A stretch of DNA of 19,999 nt from assembly GCA_039194325.1 (NCBI GenBank), contig JBCCWC010000249.1, positions 1 through 19,999 of the forward strand. Reading direction: 5' to 3'. Under the pieces are notes generated by a model. That model saw only the letters and a list, made by a program, of their open reading frames with translations, had not been told where the DNA came from and did not search any database. Shown here in pieces: positions 15,208-19,999 of the stretch. Each line of letters begins with the position of its first letter. The stretch's first letter is position 1. This DNA is from Myxococcota bacterium. Lineage in GTDB: Bacteria > Myxococcota_A > Polyangia > Nannocystales > Nannocystaceae. A program made the translations under genes and the position numbers.

Positions 15208-15378
15208 GACCTTCAGATAGCTTTGTAGCAAGTCTGAATCGCCGCAGAACGTCGTTCATAGCCATCTTGAAGGGGATCCGCGACAGGTCCAAGAAAAATA
15301 GCAAAGTTCGCAATCTTTGGACGCACAAAGCGGACTTCTTCGTCAGCATCCAGCTGTGGATGCCCACGGAACGCCCCC

Positions 15379-16392
15379 ATGCCTGATTCCACGCCCTACT
15401 ATCGACACCTGTGTTCATGCATCATCCTGTGCGTCGCCTGCGAGCCCGACGCTTTGGAGCCCGACGTTTTCGAGGAGGATATAGACGCCGCCGTCGATAT
15501 CGAGCTCGAAGCACGCATCGGACGCAGGCACCAAGGCATCCTCGTCAATACCGGAGAGATCAACACGGACACCGAGCTAGGGCGAGCATTCTCCCCCGAG
15601 TTTACGAAGGACCGTAGCTTTCACGAAGGTCATCGACTCGATGCGATCTGGTATACCGAATATCACTTCGTCGACCCCGCCTCGTTGTATCTCATCGACG
15701 GCGAGCTGTTCGGCGTTGCCGACGGGGTTGGAACGATCTCCGGCCTGGACTTCGACGACACGATATGGTGGGTCGACGAGCTCGACGATCAAGGCGTGCT
15801 CCACTACCACGACGTGGTGCTCGACGTCGACATCGACAACAACGAGTACCTCTACGACTTTTACTGGTATGTCAGTGACTCGATACAGATTCCCATGTGC
15901 AACGCGATGGGAAACGGCGGGTCGACCTCCGCGACAATCCTCGAGAATATCGCGGTCGACGAGGCATTGGGCACCATCTCGCCTGCGCCCGGTAACCTCT
16001 ACTTGGCCTGTGACGCGGGGGCGATCGGCAAGGCGGTGGCGCGGGGCTACCATCCCGATGACCATGGCACCGATGTGCTCCAAGCGGCGGTTCGGATGAT
16101 CCGCGCCGATTACTGCGGAGACGGCAACTCCTGGACCGCCGCGGGGACCGAGCTGTTCAGCGAAGAGTACCGAGAATTCGTGATCACCGAGGCGCTGGGC
16201 CTCCCGGGAGAGGTAGTCCCGAACACCCAGCTCGAGTCGTTCTGGACCCCCCACGGCGCAAAGTGTCTATCCCATCGCCGCTACGGGAATGGCATCGTGA
16301 CCTGTGAGAATTCCGTGTTGTTGTTCGGGTGCTTCGATCAGTCTCCCTTCACCGATGATGCGCTCTTTCGCACCGAGATCTTCATGCCCTAG
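15379..16392 (+). CDS. ADYC-motif lipoprotein (myxobacterial type)
   Basis: N-terminal lipobox-like CSCIILCVAC followed by an acidic region. The motif MIRADYCGDGNSWT matches what I recall of the 'ADYC domain-containing protein' family. The gene follows an AT-richer intergenic region. Confidence 0.65.
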   Translation: MPDSTPYYRHLCSCIILCVACEPDALEPDVFEEDIDAAVDIELEARIGRRHQGILVNTGEINTDTELGRAFSPEFTKDRSFHEGHRLDAIWYTEYHFVDPASLYLIDGELFGVADGVGTISGLDFDDTIWWVDELDDQGVLHYHDVVLDVDIDNNEYLYDFYWYVSDSIQIPMCNAMGNGGSTSATILENIAVDEALGTISPAPGNLYLACDAGAIGKAVARGYHPDDHGTDVLQAAVRMIRADYCGDGNSWTAAGTELFSEEYREFVITEALGLPGEVVPNTQLESFWTPHGAKCLSHRRYGNGIVTCENSVLLFGCFDQSPFTDDALFRTEIFMP

Positions 16393-16751
16393 CAACGCAG
16401 CGCGCGGCCATTCTCGGGAGGCTGCCCGGGAGGCTGGTCGGGAAGTCGGTAGCACGGTGCCACTCGCTCGGCGACCTTGCGGTTGTGTCGTCGGGCGTCC
16501 CACTCGAGCGGCACTCCGAGGGCACGGCAGCTGTCGCGGAGATCCCGGGGAGGCTGGGTACGATGCAGGCGATCGCGTAGCCAAGCCCGCAGGGTGTAAA
16601 GAGCGGTGATCTGGGCGGCCAGCCCAAGCCACTGGGCCTGGGTGTCGGCCATGGGCTGGGTCCATGTACGGCGCAAGGGCTGCTTGAGGGTTCGAATGCG
16701 CTGCTCCAGCGCACGGATGTCGGCTTCGAGTCGAGGGATGTCGATGTTCAT
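16389..16751 (-). CDS. Hypothetical 120-aa protein (N-terminal coiled-coil-like), coupled to the PTH2-like ORF
   Basis: The ATG is preceded by AGGAATCATC directly after the upstream TGA (TGAAGGAATCATCATG). I recognised no family. The 3' end overlaps the convergent ADYC gene by 4 nt. Confidence 0.5.
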   Translation of the reverse strand: MNIDIPRLEADIRALEQRIRTLKQPLRRTWTQPMADTQAQWLGLAAQITALYTLRAWLRDRLHRTQPPRDLRDSCRALGVPLEWDARRHNRKVAERVAPCYRLPDQPPGQPPENGRALRC

Positions 16752-16761
16752 GATGATTCCT

Positions 16762-17073
16762 TCATTCGAGTAGAGGCAGGCGACGGGTCGCCTTGCGGAC
16801 TTTGGTTCGATCGCTCACCGGCATGAGGCCGATGGCCATCAGCGCGCCGCACCAGGGCGGATCGGGCTCGCGGATCGCCCGGTGCTCGATGCCCAGCCGC
16901 ACGAGGCATTGCTCGATGCTCCGCAGGTGAGCCTCGTCGCGAGCGGCCAAGGCCACGGCGCGGGTGCCCGACGGCAAGCTCCCGGGAGAGCTCTCGCCGG
17001 CCGCATGAATGAGCTGAGCGGCGAGCACACCCCGCGGTAGATCGGCGCGAACGATGCAGTAGTGAGTGGGCAG
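16762..17073 (-). CDS. PTH2-family peptidyl-tRNA hydrolase-like protein (start codon uncertain)
   Basis: YCIVRADLPRGVLAAQLIHAAGE ... AVALAARDEAHLRSIEQCLVRLGIEHRAIREPD ... GALMAIGLMPVSDRTKVRKATRRLPLLE parallels the PTH2 pattern (vIVVRtDLkMgkGKlaAQvaHAa ... GtvTvLaIGPgp...idkvTghLkLL). No in-frame ATG, GTG or TTG lies between the tRNA at 17100-17177 and the conserved core. Only CTG at 17073 is available, or ATG at 17142 inside the tRNA. Confidence 0.6.
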   Translation of the reverse strand: MPTHYCIVRADLPRGVLAAQLIHAAGESSPGSLPSGTRAVALAARDEAHLRSIEQCLVRLGIEHRAIREPDPPWCGALMAIGLMPVSDRTKVRKATRRLPLLE

Positions 17074-17099
17074 CCGGGCGGGCGGATCCGGACCAGAAT

Positions 17100-17177
17100 T
17101 GGTGCGTCGAGTGGGGTTCGAACCCACAGCCTCCTGGGGCATTACTCCAGGTGCACGGCCGATTGTGCTTTCGACGC
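17100..17177 (-). tRNA. Non-canonical tRNA / tRNA-like gene (9-nt anticodon loop; AAU if read as a 7-nt loop)
   Basis: GCGTCGA-AA-GCAC-AATCGGCC-GTGC-A-CCTGG-AGTAATGCC-CCAGG-AGGCT-GTGGG-TTCGAAC-CCCAC-TCGACGC-A-CCA. The acceptor, D and T stems are perfect and CCA is encoded. Position 8 is A rather than U. The anticodon loop is 9 nt, or GTAATGC closed by an A:C mismatch. Confidence 0.55.
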
Positions 17178-17527
17178 TCTTGGTGGCCGAGCGGGTTGTG
17201 GCAAGCTGCGAGGGGCGTTCGCCGCTCGCGGCGGCAAGAAGCGACGTTGAGCCCGGCACGGGGTACCGGACGCTCGGCTCAGTCGACCGCGCCGCCGAGT
17301 CTCGCGAGGAGCTTCCGCTAGCGGTCCGAGGGCCCTCGGGGGGCTGACTGTCAATGCAAACGCATCGAGGGAACTATGAGGGGCCAACGGGGGTGCGTCA
17401 AGGATCTGTGAGGATCTTCGTGACTGGCTTGGTGGCCACCCTTCGCGGCCACCGCGGTCCACCGGCGAGCTCCCGGCGAGCTCCCGGCGCGGCGAGCCCG
17501 ACACGAGCGAGCGCGACGATAGGGCAC

Positions 17528-17831
17528 GCTTGGGAATGGACAGCAGGTCGTCGCGCTCGATGGGCTCAGGGCGCGGTATCTGGGGATGGCGTTCAGCGAG
17601 CGCGTCATCGAGGGCCGTCAAGATCGCCATCATCGCCTCCTCCACGCCGGGGGTCTCGCGGGCGATCTCGAGATCGACCCACACCGCGTGCCAGCGCCCG
17701 CTCTCGTTGAGGTGATCCTCGAGCCACATGGCGCTGGTGGTCTTGCCGGTCTGCCGTCCGGCGTGCAGCGTGAAGTAGCTGTGCGTATCGATGAGCGCGA
17801 GGACGTCGGGTAGGTAGGAGCACGAAATACC
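17528..17831 (-). pseudogene. Remnant of an AAA-like (RQxGKT-type Walker A) ATPase gene
   Basis: Translating upstream of the tracked ATG (17729) in the same frame gives SYLPDVLALIDTHSYFTLHAGRQTGKTTSAMWLEDHLNESGRWHAVWVDLE.... The Walker A therefore lies 5' of the only start codon. The ORF then decays into R/S/P-rich sequence and runs into the tRNA at 17100-17177. Confidence 0.4.
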
Positions 17832-17884
17832 CGACCGAATTGGATGCCTCGTCCATCTGCAACGCTGGGAAAGAATGATCCATC

Positions 17885-17919
17885 CGCGTGGAAAGTAAGC
17901 CCGTGGCCGAAACCACGGG
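17885..17919 (-). terminator. Hairpin plus U-rich tail downstream of tRNA-Lys(UUU)
   Basis: The minus strand reads CCCGUGG-UUUCGG-CCACGGG (17919-17900) followed by CUUACUUUCC. It lies 17 nt after the tRNA 3' end. Confidence 0.35.
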
Positions 17920-17936
17920 CGACGATGAATGAGACC

Positions 17937-18013
17937 TGGCGATCCCCCCGGGATTCGAACCCGGAACCTTCGGGATAAAAAGCCGTTGCTCTACCAGATT
18001 GAGCCAGGGGACC
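17937..18013 (-). tRNA. tRNA-Lys(UUU) with weakened anticodon stem
   Basis: GGTCCCC-TG-GCTC-AATCTGGTA-GAGC-A-ACGGC-TTTTTAT-CCCGA-AGGTT-CCGGG-TTCGAAT-CCCGG-GGGGATC-G-CCA. Pairs 27:43 (A:A) and 31:39 (C:C) are mismatched, leaving only 3 bp in the anticodon stem. Confidence 0.75.
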
Positions 18014-18014
18014 G

Positions 18015-18091
18015 TGGCGATCCGGGAGGGAATCGAACCCTCGACCTTCGGGGTAAGAAGCCGCTGCTCTGACCAACTGAGCTACCGGACC
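18015..18091 (-). tRNA. tRNA-Lys(CUU) with weakened anticodon stem
   Basis: GGTCCGG-TA-GCTC-AGTTGGTCA-GAGC-A-GCGGC-TTCTTAC-CCCGA-AGGTC-GAGGG-TTCGATT-CCCTC-CCGGATC-G-CCA. Pairs 27:43 (G:A) and 31:39 (C:C) are mismatched. It is separated from the next tRNA by 1 nt. Confidence 0.75.
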
Positions 18092-18171
18092 GACATGGGT
18101 GGCCGCGGGGTGTTCACGCGGCCCTGGCGAGCCCGCACGCACGGATGTACGCGCGGGCTAGGGTTTGTGCT

Positions 18172-18249
18172 TGGTGCCTCGGGACGGGCTCGAACCGCCG
18201 ACGCCCACGGCTTCAACGTGGCGCTCTACCAAGACTGAGCTACCGAGGC
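18172..18249 (-). tRNA. tRNA-Phe(GAA)
   Basis: GCCTCGG-TA-GCTC-AGTCTTGGTA-GAGC-G-CCACG-TTGAAGC-CGTGG-GCGTC-GGCGG-TTCGAGC-CCGTC-CCGAGGC-A-CCA. All stems pair. The loop has U32 and G37-C38 instead of the usual A37-A38. Confidence 0.85.
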
Positions 18250-18393
18250 GCATGCTTGGGTGACGCCCGGTCGCGCTTCGCAGCACGCCGGGCCACGAAA
18301 AGTGCCCGGCGATCGCCGAAGCATGCGCGCCCGCTCGTGACAGCAGCGCGACCGAGCGAGTCGAATGTCGTAGGGAAGTCATGACGGATCTCG

Positions 18394-18440
18394 GAGGGTG
18401 GACGGAGCCCGAGGGTGGACGGAGCCCGAGGGTGGACGAG
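18394..18440. repeat. 2.8 copies of a 17-nt tandem repeat GAGGGTGGACGGAGCCC
   Basis: Read directly. Units are at 18394-18410 and 18411-18427, with a partial copy at 18428-18440. The block lies between tRNA-Asn and tRNA-Phe. Confidence 0.9.
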
Positions 18441-18467
18441 CTCGCGAACGAGACAGACGAAGAGCAG

Positions 18468-18542
18468 AGGGCCAGGCGGGATTCGAACCCGCATTCCTCT
18501 CGTTTAACAGACGAGCGCTGCAACCGATTCAGCTACTGACCC
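18468..18542 (-). tRNA. tRNA-Asn(GUU), CCA not encoded
   Basis: GGGTCAG-TA-GCTG-AATCGGTTG-CAGC-G-CTCGT-CTGTTAA-ACGAG-AGGAAT-GCGGG-TTCGAAT-CCCGC-CTGGCCC-T. The anticodon arm is canonical. The variable region is 6 nt. Confidence 0.85.
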
Positions 18543-18548
18543 AAGAAG

Positions 18549-18569
18549 CTCCGGGCGTCGAGCCCGGAG
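18549..18569 (-). terminator. 8-bp GC hairpin between tRNA-Lys(CUU) and tRNA-Asn
   Basis: CTCCGGGC-GTCGA-GCCCGGAG. On the minus strand it is followed by CUUCUU and then, within 6 nt, the 5' end of tRNA-Asn. It could be a terminator or a processing signal. Confidence 0.3.
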
Positions 18570-18593
18570 GTTGATGTTGATGTTGATGTTGAT
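18570..18593. repeat. (GTTGAT)x4 hexanucleotide microsatellite
   Basis: Four perfect units read directly, followed by the degenerate GTCGAG. Confidence 0.9.
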
Positions 18594-18621
18594 GTCGAGA
18601 TGGAGATAAAGAGGGATGCTA

Positions 18622-18698
18622 TGGCGATCCGGGAGGGAGTCGAACCCTCGACATGCGGGTTAAGAATCCGCCGCTCTAACCAACTGAGCTACCGGACC
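18622..18698 (-). tRNA. tRNA-Lys(CUU)
   Basis: GGTCCGG-TA-GCTC-AGTTGGTTA-GAGC-G-GCGGA-TTCTTAA-CCCGC-ATGTC-GAGGG-TTCGACT-CCCTC-CCGGATC-G-CCA. Only the 31:39 pair (A:C) is mismatched. Confidence 0.85.
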
Positions 18699-18764
18699 GA
18701 TGGGGCGAGCAAGCCGACACGACGGCTTGCGCGAGGGTGCCGGGCCACACGAAGCGCTCGGTGG

Positions 18765-18840
18765 CGGTACCAGGGGTGGGAGTCGAACCCACGATCGTCG
18801 CTTCATGAGAGCGCTGCCTTGACCGCTCGGCTACCCTGGC
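18765..18840 (-). tRNA. Atypical CAU-anticodon tRNA (Met/Ile2-type anticodon, type-II-like D arm)
   Basis: GCCAGGG-TA-GCC-GAGCGGTCAA-GGC-A-GCGCT-CTCATGA-AGCGA-CGATC-GTGGG-TTCGACT-CCCAC-CCCTGGT-A-CCG(CCA). It has a G1:U72 pair, a 3-bp D stem with a Leu/Ser/Tyr-like loop but a short variable loop, G37, and a 27:43 G:A mismatch. The 3' tail reads ACCGCCA, so the true 3' end is ambiguous (18762, 18765 or 18768). Confidence 0.6.
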
Positions 18841-18962
18841 AAGAGTTCGCAAGGAGGGGAGCATGGGCATGAGCTCGTCATACGCGATCGCTCGCGAACG
18901 CGGCGCGTCGGAGCAGATCGAATGTCGTGAGGAGGTCATCATCTCAGTTCCAGGGATCGAGA

Positions 18963-19015
18963 GCCAGATCTGACAAGCCAGATCCGACAAGCCAGATCCG
19001 ACAAGCCAGATCCGA
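18963..19015. repeat. 3.8 copies of a 14-nt tandem repeat GCCAGATCCGACAA
   Basis: Read directly. Units are at 18963-18976 (one T variant), 18977-18990 and 18991-19004, with a partial copy at 19005-19015. The block lies between tRNA-Thr and the CAU tRNA. Confidence 0.9.
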
Positions 19016-19040
19016 AGGACGGATCCAAAAGTGACAGTAG

Positions 19041-19114
19041 GGCCGGCAGCAGGAATCGAACCTGCAACCCCCTGATTACGAGTCAGGTGCTCTACCCGAT
19101 TGAGCTATACCGGC
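19041..19114 (-). tRNA. tRNA-Thr(CGU), CCA not encoded
   Basis: GCCGGTA-TA-GCTC-AATCGGGTA-GAGC-A-CCTGA-CTCGTAA-TCAGG-GGGTT-GCAGG-TTCGATT-CCTGC-TGCCGGC-C. Fully canonical cloverleaf. Confidence 0.9.
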
Positions 19115-19800
19115 GCGTGGTGCCTGCCGGTCGCCTCGGGGGCGCTTGTTTCCCTCGTGTCGAGCACCTCGGTGCTCGCCTGGCCAAGATTGATCAGCCT
19201 TACACCGAGAAAACGCTCAACACGAGCTAAAATTATGGCCATTATTGGCCATAAACGACCCCATCGCGACCATCATGGCCGTCGTGAGGGTCTGTGTCGT
19301 GGTGCGTTTCATGGCGCAGTTCCAATCCCGCCGAAGCGGTCCTTGTCGGTTTAGGGGATGATTACGGGCGGGTCAAGCAGAGGATCGACAAAAAATAGCG
19401 GACGCTCCGCTCCAGCGTCGGTCGCCGAGTGCTCCAGCCTTATAGAGCATTTCCTGAACGGGTTTGAGCAATGAACAACCAGGAGATAACGGCGCCCAAC
19501 GCAAACGAGCATCAGGTGGCGCTGTCAAGGATCTCTGCGTGCGCGAGATGAACTCAACGCGATCTACTAGTACCCATCGTCCGTGATTTTTGTCTTTCGG
19601 AACAGCGGGCCGGGCGCTGTTTCCGATCGAGAACGGAACGCCCGCTTAAGTTTCTGAAATCATGAGCGATAAAAGGCATCCAAACCTAAGCTGCAGCGAC
19701 CCCAGGCGAAGTACAGCGCCAATACCGCGTTTTATCTATCGCGGCTTTCCCGCCCTACTTTTCTGCAAGCGCACTGCATGTCAGGCTCTGTCCCAGGACC

Positions 19801-19999
19801 ATGACCGCGTCGACTTGGGAAAAACTTCTGAGCGACTATCGCAGGAAGAAAGGCAACGACCAGCCATCAGGAGAGCCTCGGAGTGCATTCGAACGCGATT
19901 ATGACCGAATTCTGTTCTCTGCTCCGGTACGTAGGCTTGCCGATAAGACTCAGGTCTTCCCGCTAGATTCAATCGATACTATCCGTACACGCCTCACCC
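19801..19999 (+). CDS. dGTPase-family (dGTP triphosphohydrolase-like HD) protein, 5' partial at window end
   Basis: This frame is not in the ORF track because it is open to the window end. My translation from ATG 19801 is [66 protein letters not shown]. It matches the dGTPase N-terminal signature (RsxFxRDxDRIxxSxxFRRLxxKTQVFP....RTRLTHS). Confidence 0.7.
   Translation, partial: MTASTWEKLLSDYRRKKGNDQPSGEPRSAFERDYDRILFSAPVRRLADKTQVFPLDSIDTIRTRLT

Noticed and set aside
15347-15362. The palindrome CATCCA-GCTG-TGGATG in the AT-richer kinase/ADYC intergenic region, considered as an operator.
   Set aside because: It is short (6-bp arms) and occurs only once, with no partner regulator identifiable. 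It is too weak to report as a feature.
17066-17347. Plus-strand ORFs containing GFEPT, GIEPS or GVEPS-like peptides. The others are 9733-9960, 17999-18238 and 18600-18872. The minus-strand ORFs 17630-18142, 18158-18523 and 18676-18990 were considered as well.
   Set aside because: These peptides are translations of tRNA T-arm sequences (GGTTCGAA and its complement). The ORFs simply run through the tRNA array and are not coding.
17142-17729. The 195-aa ORF taken as an intact gene.
   Set aside because: Its only start codon lies downstream of its own Walker A motif. The C-terminal two-thirds is R/S/P-rich, and it overlaps a tRNA. It is treated as a gene remnant.
18381-18540. A small plus-strand ORF (MTDLGGWTEPEGG...) preceded by GGGAAG, spanning the 17-nt repeats and the antisense strand of tRNA-Asn.
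   Set aside because: It reads through a tandem repeat and the antisense strand of a tRNA. The similar box at 18917-18942 is not followed by an ATG, so the shared sequence is more likely an RNA or DNA signal than an RBS.
16389-19999. Prophage or integrative element carrying the tRNA array.
   Set aside because: I could recognise no integrase, recombinase, transposase, capsid or terminase gene, and no flanking direct repeat within the window. Mobility remains only a hypothesis, based on the ATPase remnant and the compositional break at 19115.

Overview
This is a high-GC bacterial chromosome segment, visibly about 65-70% GC except for the last ~0.9 kb. Gene content suggests a myxobacterium: a PilA-like pilin helix, an ADYC-motif lipoprotein, a Ser/Thr kinase with TPR repeats and a Cys-rich LamG protein. 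That assignment is inference only.

Positions 1-5.7 kb look ordinary: LamG exoprotein, lipoprotein-pilin fusion, DUF1772 membrane protein, LysR regulator and Sua5/TsaC.

The centre (5.77-10.0 kb, minus strand) is the most interesting part. Two tRNA-like, stem-closed, U-tailed small RNAs look like bacterial Y RNAs; one carries a circularly permuted tRNA-Ala-like module. They sit upstream of a TROVE+vWA (Ro60/Rsr-like) gene. That gene is tightly coupled to a 313-aa protein with an E2-like Cys motif, a 90-aa ubiquitin-like candidate ending in Gly, and a minimal ThiF-type E1.

A RelA/SpoT synthetase fused to a degenerate Nudix-like domain is transcribed divergently from this operon. A large STK-TPR kinase and an ADYC lipoprotein follow.

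Positions 16.4-19.1 kb (minus strand) hold an array of 8 tRNA genes. Seven of the eight are ANN decoders, including three tRNA-Lys. Several have non-canonical anticodon arms. The array is interleaved with unrelated short tandem repeats and an ATPase gene remnant. It ends in a PTH2-like peptidyl-tRNA hydrolase ORF that has no canonical start codon.

The window ends in an AT-richer segment carrying the 5' end of a dGTPase-family gene. No integrase, transposase, CRISPR array or rRNA was seen. All homology calls rest on motif recognition by eye, not on database searches.
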